Made by a program: the position numbers and the translations under genes | In this document: positions 44,069-52,067 of the stretch, one piece after another | How the letters are laid out: the number at the start of each line of letters is the position of its first letter | Numbering within the stretch: the stretch's first letter is position 1 | The notes under the pieces: generated by a model | The model's input: only the letters and a program-made list of their open reading frames with translations | Databases searched by the model: none | What the model was told of the DNA's origin: nothing | Source of the DNA: Candidatus Binatia bacterium | GTDB taxonomy: Bacteria; Vulcanimicrobiota; Vulcanimicrobiia; Vulcanimicrobiales; Vulcanimicrobiaceae | Direction of reading: 5' to 3' | NCBI GenBank assembly: GCA_035544215.1 | Contig: DATKHY010000003.1 | Coordinates: 697,878-761,877, forward strand | Length of the DNA stretch: 64,000 nucleotides

Positions 44069-44530
44069 ATGTCGATCATCACGCGCGACGCACTCCTCCA
44101 CTTCGCCCACTTCGTCTGCATCTTCGTGCTGGCCAGCCTCTTGGCCGGCGAGCTGCTGCTACTGAGGAGATCGTTATCGCGCGAGGGGGTGGCGCAGCTG
44201 CAAGGCGTCGATCGATACTACGGGATGATGGCCGGCCTCGTCATCGTAACGGGGCTGTTGCTAGTGTTCTTCGGCGAAAAGGGCGCTTCATATTACGCCC
44301 ACAATGCGATCTTTTGGGTCAAGATGGTGATCTTCGTGACGATCGCGCTCATCTCGATCGCGCCGACCATCGCGTATTTGCGCTGGAACCAGCGTCTCGG
44401 TGCTGACGGATCAATCGTGCTGGACGACGGCGAGTATCGGCGGTTGCGGACTCTGCTTTGGGTCCAGATTGGGCTGTTCGTGTTCCTCCCGCTCTGCGCG
44501 GCATTGATGGCGAACGGGATATCGGGGTGA
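44069..44530 (+). CDS. Small polytopic membrane protein (DUF2214-like)
   Basis: 153 aa with 4 predicted TM helices (HFAHFVCIFVLASLLAGELLLL, GMMAGLVIVTGLLLVFF, IFWVKMVIFVTIALISIAP, LWVQIGLFVFLPLCAALMA). Confidence 0.6.
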   Translation: MSIITRDALLHFAHFVCIFVLASLLAGELLLLRRSLSREGVAQLQGVDRYYGMMAGLVIVTGLLLVFFGEKGASYYAHNAIFWVKMVIFVTIALISIAPTIAYLRWNQRLGADGSIVLDDGEYRRLRTLLWVQIGLFVFLPLCAALMANGISG

Positions 44531-44566
44531 GGCGCGCGTCGGTCGCGATATCCAGCACGTAGAGTT

Positions 44567-44724
44567 CGTCCTTCGACTCGCTGCGCTCGCTCAGGACTGC
44601 CAGGCACCCGCGTCCTTCGACTACGCTCGCTGCGCTCGCTTCGCTCAGGATGACATCGTCACTTGCGTCCTTCGACGGAGCCTGTCCTGAGCGAGCGAAG
44701 CCAGTCGAAGGGCTCAGGATGACA
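44567..44724 (+). repeat. REP-like interspersed repeat, cluster of three units (one containing an inverted copy)
   Basis: Units begin CGTCCTTCGAC at 44567, 44611 and 44666 and end ...GCTCAGGA(C/T)(T)GACA. The third contains the inverted segment TGTCCTGAGCGAGCGAAGCCAGTCGAAGG. The last unit supplies the final codons and stop of the sigma-factor ORF. Confidence 0.7.
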
Positions 44725-45634
44725 AAATCGGGCTGAACCTCGCATCTTTTGCGATGTAGGGTACGTAGCGGAAGTCGCGGATCTCGGAGATTTGTTCGTT
44801 TTCCGATTTGAGGAGAACGAAGTAGGCCGGAGCGTCGCTGGTTGGCGGGCGGAACATCGCGATCGCGGCAACGCCATCGACGTAGCCCGCTTGCGCGCGA
44901 ATGTCTTCGGTCCGCAGGACCTCGGCGTAGCGATCGAAGTAGCCTGCGTCGGCCACCTTGCGCTGCACGAGCGAAACCTGGTCGAGTCGCGCCTCCGCGG
45001 CCAGCAGCGCGCGAAGCGCTTTCCAGTCGTGGTGGTTGAAGAGGTCGACGTAGCGCCGCAGCGTCGCCTGCTCGTGCGCCGACGCGTGCCGCACCGGTTG
45101 TGCGAGTGCGGCGTGCAGCGTTCGAGCGATGTTCGCGCGCCCCCTCGAGAGCGCCGCCTTCACCGCACCGACGCTCGTTTCCATCGTCGTCGCGGCCTCC
45201 TCGAGCGATTGCCCGAGGACGTCTTTTAAGATGAGGGCGCTGCGCTGCACGGGCGGCAGCTCGACGAAGACCGTCAGCGCCGCTTCCACGAGCTCCGGAT
45301 CGACGCCCGCCTCCTCGGCCTCGGCGCGGTCCGGAACGTCGGAGACGAGCTCCACGTTCTTGCGTTCGTAGCGTTTGAGAAAGTCCATAGCGGTATTGTG
45401 TGCGATCCGGAAGAGCCAGGGCCGCAGGTTGGGCGGCTCCCGCATCTGGCCCAGTGCGTAATAGGCTTTTGCCAGCGTGTCTTGGACGACGTCTTCACCG
45501 TCGAAAACCGAGCCCGTCATGCGGGCGGAGTACCGATGGAGCTCGGGGCGAATCTCTTCCACGAGCTCCATGAACCGGTCGCGCGCCTCCGCCATCGCAG
45601 GCAGCAAGGCGCGCGTTTCGTCTTGCGTGGTCAC
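44714..45634 (-). CDS. ECF-type sigma-70 family sigma factor with ~110-aa C-terminal extension (SigJ/ECF41-like)
   Basis: Region 2: ELHRYSARMTGSVFDGEDVVQDTLAKAY...RPWLFRIAHNTAMDFLKR. Region 4: LPPVQRSALILKDVLGQSLEEAATTMETSVGAVKAALSRGR. A long C-terminal NTF2/SnoaL-like tail follows. No anti-sigma gene is seen. GTG start. Confidence 0.9.
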   Translation of the reverse strand: MTTQDETRALLPAMAEARDRFMELVEEIRPELHRYSARMTGSVFDGEDVVQDTLAKAYYALGQMREPPNLRPWLFRIAHNTAMDFLKRYERKNVELVSDVPDRAEAEEAGVDPELVEAALTVFVELPPVQRSALILKDVLGQSLEEAATTMETSVGAVKAALSRGRANIARTLHAALAQPVRHASAHEQATLRRYVDLFNHHDWKALRALLAAEARLDQVSLVQRKVADAGYFDRYAEVLRTEDIRAQAGYVDGVAAIAMFRPPTSDAPAYFVLLKSENEQISEIRDFRYVPYIAKDARFSPILSS

Positions 45635-45762
45635 CGCAGCATGCGCGCGAGCGTGGCGCCGATCGTGAGCAGCATTCCGGCGGTCATTCCGGTTCCTATT
45701 TGGCTAGCGGGTACGAGCATCTCCTCGAGCGGGAGGCCCATCACGTGAGCGATGATGATCAT
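45631..45762 (-). CDS. Unannotated 43-aa hydrophobic small ORF bridging DUF899 and the sigma factor
   Basis: MIIIAHVMGLPLEEMLVPASQIGTGMTAGMLLTIGATLARMLR. Its ATG overlaps the DUF899 stop (ATGA) and its TGA overlaps the sigma GTG start (GTGA). Third-codon positions are mostly G/C. It is below the ORF-track size cutoff. Confidence 0.4.
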   Translation of the reverse strand: MIIIAHVMGLPLEEMLVPASQIGTGMTAGMLLTIGATLARMLR

Positions 45763-46511
45763 GTCGTCTTACCCGATCGTATCATGTCGAGCGCGGCCTC
45801 GCTCACCTGCTTCCACTGCGCGTCCACCGGTGCGGAGCTGTAGTTGTCGTGCCAGTTCCACCATTCGTACGGAGGCGTTTGCGGGTAACCCGCCGGTGAG
45901 TCTTCCCAGTTCTCTTGGCGCCCGTGTGGCGTGATGTCGAGGTAGGACCACGTGCTGCCCATCGCCTCGTCGCCGCGGTTGTTGACGAAGTACGTGCGGT
46001 ACACGCGATCGCCGTCGCGGAAGAACACGTTCGTACCGTGCCACTCGTCCACGCCGAAGTCTTTGTCGAAGTCGTCGGTTAGCGTGTACCATGGCATCTG
46101 CCAGCCCATCCGCGTTTTGAGGCGGGCGATGTCGGCCTGCGGCGCGCGCGACGCGTATGCCAGCGTGGTGTCGCGGGCGTTGAGGTGCGCGAGGTGCGCG
46201 ACCTGATCGGCCCCAAACGAGCAGCCGCGGCAGGCGTGGTCGGGCCAGCCGAAGACGCCCGGCTCGAAGAATGCACGGTAGACGATCAGCTGCTTGCGGC
46301 CCTCGAAAAGGTCGAGCAGGCTGACGCGACCGTTTGGGCCCTCGAATTGGTAGTTCTTCTTCACTTCTACCCACGGCATGCGGCGCCGCTCTGCGGCTAG
46401 TGCGTCGCGGGCTCGGGTCATCGCCTTCTCTTTGACGAGCAGCGCTTCGCGTGCGGCTTCCCACTCTTGCGGCGCCACGATCGAGGGAGCGTTGGTTGGA
46501 CGGTCGCTCAT
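45759..46511 (-). CDS. DUF899 thioredoxin-like family protein
   Basis: PQEWEAAREALLVKEKAMTRARDALAAERRRMPWVEVKKNYQFEGPNGRVSLLDLFEGRKQLIVY...CRGCSF...MGWQMPWYT is the characteristic DUF899 pattern. Confidence 0.9.
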   Translation of the reverse strand: MSDRPTNAPSIVAPQEWEAAREALLVKEKAMTRARDALAAERRRMPWVEVKKNYQFEGPNGRVSLLDLFEGRKQLIVYRAFFEPGVFGWPDHACRGCSFGADQVAHLAHLNARDTTLAYASRAPQADIARLKTRMGWQMPWYTLTDDFDKDFGVDEWHGTNVFFRDGDRVYRTYFVNNRGDEAMGSTWSYLDITPHGRQENWEDSPAGYPQTPPYEWWNWHDNYSSAPVDAQWKQVSEAALDMIRSGKTT

Positions 46512-46645
46512 TGTATTAACTCCTGTTAAGCGGATCGGTTGGCTATCATGAAGACGATTGGGGAGGCGGAAAAGATACGCCGATGGCCAAACTTAGGGAG
46601 CGGCCTTAAGGCTGCTTCTCTTCCTCCACTCCTAGGAGGTTCCCA

Positions 46646-47626
46646 ATGCGAATTTTCTCGCTCCTTGGCTTATCTTTCGCGGCGATACTCTTTGCCGCGT
46701 GCTCTTCGAGCGCTCCGTTGATCGGAGCAAATCCGACATCACCGGGGCAAATGCAAAGCGCGCTGCGCGGCATCGGCCCGAACGGTGTGCCGCCGCACGT
46801 CTCAACGATGCGCGGCTGGATGGTCTCGCCGGACCGGCACCACCACCATAGATTGAAGCGGCTCTACGTTTCCGACGAGGGCGATGGCGTCGTCGACGTC
46901 TTTGCGCTGCCGTCCCTCTCGCTCGTCGGACAGATCACGGCCGGGCTCAGTCAGCCCGAAGGTATCGCGACGGACAGGCTCGGCAACTTGTACGTTTCTA
47001 ACCTAAGCGGCAATACCGTCACCGTCTACCATCAAGGCAAGACGAGCCCATACCTGACGCTCACGGGATCCAGCGGCCCCGACGACGTGGCCGTGGCCAA
47101 GAACGGCTACGTGCTTGCCGGCGATACCGGCGGCGGCGTTGACGTGTACCCGCCCGGTGCGACCTCGCCGAGCACGCGGCTGATCAACTCGGCGATCTCC
47201 AGCGTCTACGGAGTCGGCGTAGATTCTCACAACAACGTATACGCGGCGGGTTTCGGCGGCGCCGGAGCAGTCGTCGTCGAGTACGCCAACATGGCGGGGT
47301 CCGGAACGAATCTGGGCTTGACGGGCCTGGGTGGTCCGGCCGGTGTGCTGGTCGATAACCACGGCAATCTCGTCGTTTCCGATATCGGGTTAAGCCTCAT
47401 CGACATCTATCCGCCCGGAAAGACATCGCCCTCCTCGACTATATCGGTGACATCCCCCGACCGCACGTCGATCAACAACCTGGAGAATACCCTGTACGTG
47501 CCCCAAGGAGGGAACGACTCAGTCGATATCCTCAGTTACCCCGCCGGTTCGTCTCTCGGTTCGCTCGGGCTTACGAACTTCGTCTCCGGAGCGGCGACGG
47601 CTCCGGCTCCGGCGCCGGTGCCCTAA
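46646..47626 (+). CDS. NHL-repeat beta-propeller lipoprotein
   Basis: Lipobox ILFAACSS. Blades: PEGIATDRLGNLYVSNLSGNTVTVYHQG, PDDVAVAKNGYVLAGD, VYGVGVDSHNNVYAAG, PAGVLVDNHGNLVVSD...IDIYPPG. Confidence 0.8.
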   Translation: MRIFSLLGLSFAAILFAACSSSAPLIGANPTSPGQMQSALRGIGPNGVPPHVSTMRGWMVSPDRHHHHRLKRLYVSDEGDGVVDVFALPSLSLVGQITAGLSQPEGIATDRLGNLYVSNLSGNTVTVYHQGKTSPYLTLTGSSGPDDVAVAKNGYVLAGDTGGGVDVYPPGATSPSTRLINSAISSVYGVGVDSHNNVYAAGFGGAGAVVVEYANMAGSGTNLGLTGLGGPAGVLVDNHGNLVVSDIGLSLIDIYPPGKTSPSSTISVTSPDRTSINNLENTLYVPQGGNDSVDILSYPAGSSLGSLGLTNFVSGAATAPAPAPVP

Positions 47627-47648
47627 CGGTTGCGGTTCTAAAAGCGAC

Positions 47649-47678
47649 GGCCTCGAACCCGCGGTTCGGGGCCTTTTC
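47649..47678. terminator. Bidirectional intrinsic terminator between convergent genes
   Basis: An 11-bp stem GGCCTCGAACC-cgc-GGTTCGGGGCC is followed by TTTT on the plus strand, with an A-run upstream that serves the minus strand. Confidence 0.55.
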
Positions 47679-48370
47679 TATACGAGCACGTCCCAGCCAT
47701 ATTCGAGCAACGGTTTGGCTTTCTTGACCAGCGCGATGCTTTCTTCGATCAAGCCCTCACCGGCGACGTCGCGGTCGGAGAGCTTTTCGCTCACCATGAA
47801 CGTGCCAATCTTGAAATAGCGTGCGATTGGGCTCTCGGCCAACGCTTCGAATCCGCGAGGCATACGCTTGAGAGCTTCGTGCTCCTCGGATAGTGCGAGT
47901 CCGTTGCGTTCGAGGGAACGAAGGACGCTTTGAAAGCGCTTCGGATCCGACGCCATCGCCTCGCGCCAGCGCTGCAGCGGCTCCTTATCGAGCTGGTAGA
48001 ACCCCGCAACCGCGAACGACTCCTTCGGGGTGATGTGGATGTAGAGGCCACCCGGTGCGCCGCGCACGCCGCGGTAAGGCAGGTACGTTCCAAGGTTCGT
48101 CTTGTACGGGCTCTTGTCACGCGAAAAGCGCACGTCACGATAGATGCGGAAGCCTACGCGCGAGGGATCGGCATCGATCGGGATCTTTGCTTTTCGCAGC
48201 GCGGCGGCGAGGTCTGCCGTTAAGGCTCGAAGCGGAAACAGGCACTCGCGCTCGTAGATTTCCTTACGGGGCGTGAACCACGCCCGGTCGTTGTTCTTCT
48301 TCAGGTCGCGAAGAAACTTGAGTGCCTGCGGCGAGAAACCGGAGAACCTATCGACTGTCGCCTTTGCCAT
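47678..48370 (-). CDS. DUF2461 (TIGR02453) family protein
   Basis: Trimmed to ATG 48370 (GGAGG upstream): FSGFSPQALKFLRDLKKNNDRAWFTPRKEIYE...FRIYRDVRFSRDKSPYKTNLG...GGLYIHITPKESF. Confidence 0.85.
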   Translation of the reverse strand: MAKATVDRFSGFSPQALKFLRDLKKNNDRAWFTPRKEIYERECLFPLRALTADLAAALRKAKIPIDADPSRVGFRIYRDVRFSRDKSPYKTNLGTYLPYRGVRGAPGGLYIHITPKESFAVAGFYQLDKEPLQRWREAMASDPKRFQSVLRSLERNGLALSEEHEALKRMPRGFEALAESPIARYFKIGTFMVSEKLSDRDVAGEGLIEESIALVKKAKPLLEYGWDVLV

Positions 48371-49421
48371 CGCTACCTCCGATGCGGCCTTGCGCCGCGC
48401 AGGACGCGGCGTTGCCGCCGAAGATCGCCGCGAGCCCGCAGTCCGATGTGAACATTCGGCGGTTGTCGTGCGGCACACCCCTCACGAACGCGTACGTTTG
48501 CGCTGTTCCCTCCGGGTGCCGGCGGCCGATGTATGCGATGTAAAAGTTGGCGCGGGCGAATCGGTACGGACCCTGCGCTTCTCCACCGCAGGTACGATCG
48601 AGATCCTCCTCCTTTGGATTGACGTCGGCCGTTCCCATCAGATATACGACGTGGCGGCGCACGTAGTGCGCTTCTAGCTCGGCGGCGCTTCCGGTGACGT
48701 AACGCGGAGCGCCGCGCAGGCCGTAGCGCCATGCGTCGAAGTCCCCGCAGTTGGCCTGCGGGTTCGGCCGCCAATCGGTAAAGTAGAGGTAGGACGACGG
48801 ATTCAAGACGATAAGGCGCACAGGTAGGCGGCCGCCGTCGAGCTGCAGCGCTTTCCCCACGACCGCGTAGCGCTGGACGATCTGACCGCCCGCGGAGTGT
48901 CCGGCGATCACGATCTCGCGCAGCCTTGGGAAGCGCGCCGGATCCGAGAGCCGCGCGACGATCGCATCGAAAACGTCGTACGTGCTGATCGGCGCGGGAG
49001 CGATCGCGTCGGAGCCGCCGGGCCACTGCGAGTTCCAGTAGAGCGTCTGCGGCGGCACGGCGCGGCCGGACAAGTCGCTCTTCTCGACGAACTGCGGGGC
49101 GATCACGAGCGTGTCGCTCAACACGTGGGCGGCATCGGCCGCGATGACGCCCGTGTCGTAGTAGTAGTCGGCATCGCGCAAGACGCCGTGCACGACGACG
49201 ATCGCGCGCGTCACGGTCTCGTCGCCGTCGAGCGATGAGGTACCGAAATACCGCGCATATCCTTCGCCCAGCGCCGTTCGGACGAGGAACTCGCGATCCG
49301 CCAGGCGCCCCGAGTTGTCCGGCTGCGGCGTCGTGGTAACCGGGACGGTGACGCCGTACAGGCTTGCGGCGAGTGCTGCGACGAACAGCCGCGCCGCTGC
49401 GAGATTGAGCCGGCTCTGCAT
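48348..49421 (-). CDS. Secreted alpha/beta-hydrolase-like protein
   Basis: Signal is MQSRLNLAAARLFVAALAASLYG. Nucleophile elbow is VIAGHSAGGQIVQRYA. 357 aa; subfamily not recognised. Confidence 0.7.
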   Translation of the reverse strand: MQSRLNLAAARLFVAALAASLYGVTVPVTTTPQPDNSGRLADREFLVRTALGEGYARYFGTSSLDGDETVTRAIVVVHGVLRDADYYYDTGVIAADAAHVLSDTLVIAPQFVEKSDLSGRAVPPQTLYWNSQWPGGSDAIAPAPISTYDVFDAIVARLSDPARFPRLREIVIAGHSAGGQIVQRYAVVGKALQLDGGRLPVRLIVLNPSSYLYFTDWRPNPQANCGDFDAWRYGLRGAPRYVTGSAAELEAHYVRRHVVYLMGTADVNPKEEDLDRTCGGEAQGPYRFARANFYIAYIGRRHPEGTAQTYAFVRGVPHDNRRMFTSDCGLAAIFGGNAASCAAQGRIGGSDGKGDSR

Positions 49422-49454
49422 AGTGACATTTGAGTCCGACGTCGGGGCTTCGTC

Positions 49455-49506
49455 ACCCTTCGTCCTTCGACTCCGCTCGGCTGCGCCTCGCTTCGCTCAG
49501 GATGAC
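49455..49506 (+). repeat. REP-like interspersed repeat unit
   Basis: CCCTTCGTCCTTCGACTCCGCTCGGCTGCGCCTCGCTTCGCTCAGGATGACA lies in the divergent intergenic region 49422-49536. Confidence 0.7.
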
Positions 49507-49536
49507 AATAGGGGTCTATGGATGAAGTGAAAGACC

Positions 49537-49848
49537 ATGAGCGTCGCACCGGTAATGGCATCATGGTCGTTCGACATCACGCCGGACCAGCTTCAGGCGA
49601 TGGTGGCGCACGTGAAGCAGACTTTGAAACACTTACCAGCAGTTCCGGGGTGGTTAGGGACCGACTGTTTCACCAATGAAAAGCGAACCCGGGTTATGAT
49701 ACTGACAAAGTGGGAATCGAAGGACGCCTGGGGCCGCAGTGTGTGGGATAAGGTAATCAGCGAATCCCTCGCAGATTTCGTCGACCGCAGCAGCAATCAA
49801 GAGTTCAACTTGTACTTCCACATCGCGCCGGAGCCGGACGCCTCGTAG
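49537..49848 (+). CDS. ABM (antibiotic biosynthesis monooxygenase)-like small protein
   Basis: 103 aa. GWLGTDCFTNEKRTRVMILTKWESKDAW is typical of a ferredoxin-like ABM/Dabb fold. Confidence 0.6.
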   Translation: MSVAPVMASWSFDITPDQLQAMVAHVKQTLKHLPAVPGWLGTDCFTNEKRTRVMILTKWESKDAWGRSVWDKVISESLADFVDRSSNQEFNLYFHIAPEPDAS

Positions 49849-49868
49849 CGGCCTCAAGCGCGGAAAAT

Positions 49869-49900
49869 GAAGGAGCCCGGCGCGTGCGTCGGGCTCCTTC
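49869..49900 (-). terminator. Intrinsic terminator of the 644-aa phosphoesterase gene
   Basis: An 11-bp stem GAAGGAGCCCG / CGGGCTCCTTC with a 10-nt loop. On the minus strand it is followed by ATTTTCC. Confidence 0.55.
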
Positions 49901-49916
49901 GCGCTAGGCGGGAATT

Positions 49917-51851
49917 CTAGTCGTCGTCGTCTCTACGCCGAATCATCACGGCGTGACGCGTCCCCTCGAGCTGCTGGTGCAAGTAATAGCCGGCGGTCTC
50001 GTACATCGGCGGAAGCGACGCCGGAGACTGTATCGGCGTTAAGCCCAGCGAAGCACAGCTCATGTTCGGCGGAGAACTCGGCGAGTGAATCTCCGCGAGC
50101 GACGGCGGGTTCTCGGCGCCACCGCGGAGCTTGCGCGCGTCGAGCGCATCGAACAGGTCCGAGGTGGCGGTATCGCCGTCGGCCGGCGGCAGGCCCACCG
50201 AAACGCCCTTGGCCTCATCCGGCAGCGACGAGAACTTCGGCACGCCGAAGATCGCCTCTATCATCTTGGAGACCGAGCCATGATCGGCATAGTCGTGCAC
50301 CACGACGCCCGTCTTGGAGAACGGCGAGATCACTAACGCCGGCAAACGAACGCCGTCGCCGCACGCGTAGCCCTCTTCCGGTCCGGTCCTATCCTCCGGG
50401 CACGTCTGGCCAAAGTCCGGCGGCGCCAAGTGGTCGTAGAAGCCTCCGCTGTCGTCCCAGGTCACGACGATGACCGAGTCCTTCCAGTATTTGCTCTTCG
50501 CAATGGCATTGATGACCGAGGCGAGATACGCCTCAGCTACCTGATGATCGGAGCTGCCGCTGCCGGGATGGTCATCATCGCCGACATAATACTTCTTACT
50601 CGATGGATTGTTCGTAAAGATCGAGTCGGCCGGGACGAAGCCGTAGGTATTCTCGTTTCCGCCCTTGACCCAGAAGACTCCCGAACCCGGCAGTTTTCCG
50701 CCTTTGATGTCTGAAATCAGACCGTTGCTCTTTGCGTTGTCGCGCAGCGTCTTCTTGCTGGCGAAGGCCGACTGCGGATTGTTTATGTAGTCGAAGTAGA
50801 GCGGCGCGGTGTGATGCGCGGAGAAGCCTGCGTTGGCCGTGTATAGTCCTTCTTCGTACCACGCCCAGTCAAACGACTGACGGCTGCTTTTGCCTTCCCG
50901 GCGAATGTCGCGGCCGATGTAGCCTACGACTTTCGACTTCTGAGCCTTGCGGTCCATTTCCGGATTGAGCAACACCGGCATCGTTGCATAACTTTGGAAC
51001 GTGTTGCTGTCTCCCGTATACGAGGTCACGGGGAACTTCAGCTCGGCCGGCGGCGGGTTGTCGTCGTTAGAGATCGGCACGCCGTCGGTGTAGCCTCCCC
51101 CGCTCGGGAGCGGCACCGAGAGTGTCCCTTCGCCTGCAGCCGCCTCGGTTTGTCCGATTTGACCCGCGAACAACTGAATGTTGCTCGGCGTCGAGTCGCC
51201 GGTGTTCGCTTGGAAGTAGTGATCGAAGAGCGCGAAGTTTTTCGCATAGTACCAGAGATAGGGGACCGTGTCGCAATCGTACACGCCCTCGATAGCGATC
51301 GACTCGTTGTGCTGCTCGATCTGCTGAGGGCTCGGCGTTGGCCCCAGCGGCGGCGCTCCCCCCTCGGCATCCACGAGGAAATCGTCCATCTTGCCCCGGT
51401 CGATCGATGCTTCTTGATCGAAACGACCGTTGTTGCCACCGTTGATGTCGGGCGCATCGGAAACGTAGTTGGGGCTGCTTTGATTCGTCGAGATCAGGAA
51501 CGGACGCTGACAGCTGAAAGTTTGTGGATCGTACTGGCAGTCCGTTTGTTGGGCCAGATACGTGCCCAGGTTCTCGACGTACTGGCCGTTCACTCCGGGA
51601 AACAGGCCATAGACCTGATCGAAAGTGTGATTCTCTTGAACTAGCACGAAGACGTGCTTGATTCGCGAGCGCGCTAAGCCGGCTATTTTCTCACGGTACG
51701 CGGCATCCGCCAGCTGCGCAGCCGCGGATCCCGGTCCTCCGAGTTGCGCACCCTGCGGCGTCAGAGCGGAGCCTGGGGTGCCCACTCCTCCGCAAGCTGC
51801 GAGCGCGCAGGACGCTGTAAAAATTACGATGTGCGAAGCTAATCGACGCAT
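49917..51851 (-). CDS. Phosphoesterase family lipoprotein (phospholipase C / AcpA-type), long form
   Basis: Lipobox CALAACGG. Motifs: IKHVFVLVQENHTFDQVYGLFPG, VTWDDSGGFYDH, GDGVRLPALVISPF. 644 aa. Confidence 0.9.
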   Translation of the reverse strand: MRRLASHIVIFTASCALAACGGVGTPGSALTPQGAQLGGPGSAAAQLADAAYREKIAGLARSRIKHVFVLVQENHTFDQVYGLFPGVNGQYVENLGTYLAQQTDCQYDPQTFSCQRPFLISTNQSSPNYVSDAPDINGGNNGRFDQEASIDRGKMDDFLVDAEGGAPPLGPTPSPQQIEQHNESIAIEGVYDCDTVPYLWYYAKNFALFDHYFQANTGDSTPSNIQLFAGQIGQTEAAAGEGTLSVPLPSGGGYTDGVPISNDDNPPPAELKFPVTSYTGDSNTFQSYATMPVLLNPEMDRKAQKSKVVGYIGRDIRREGKSSRQSFDWAWYEEGLYTANAGFSAHHTAPLYFDYINNPQSAFASKKTLRDNAKSNGLISDIKGGKLPGSGVFWVKGGNENTYGFVPADSIFTNNPSSKKYYVGDDDHPGSGSSDHQVAEAYLASVINAIAKSKYWKDSVIVVTWDDSGGFYDHLAPPDFGQTCPEDRTGPEEGYACGDGVRLPALVISPFSKTGVVVHDYADHGSVSKMIEAIFGVPKFSSLPDEAKGVSVGLPPADGDTATSDLFDALDARKLRGGAENPPSLAEIHSPSSPPNMSCASLGLTPIQSPASLPPMYETAGYYLHQQLEGTRHAVMIRRRDDDD

Positions 51852-51868
51852 TGTGTTACGACCCTCCA

Positions 51869-51897
51869 GCTTTGAAGTGACGTGCGTGACTTCAAGC
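51869..51897 (-). promoter_or_regulatory. Imperfect hairpin / GTCAC direct repeats in the 5-prime leader of the 644-aa phosphoesterase gene
   Basis: In gene orientation: GCTTGAAGTCACGCACGTCACTTCAAAGC, immediately upstream of the RBS GGAGGG. The 7-bp core stem is TTGAAGT/ACTTCAA, and the loop carries GTCAC-N4-GTCAC. Confidence 0.3.
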
Positions 51898-52067
51898 TAC
51901 CAGAAGGCAACCTGGGCTTACAACGCGGAGAAAGGCGGGTTTGATAAGATGGATTAACGCTTCTTAACGCTATCGTTTTGTCAGCGTGAAGTTGTGATTA
52001 ACATGGATGGGCGTCACAGCCATGCTCGACCGCTCGTTATGGAATCAAGCCAGAATCGAGGTGGCGC

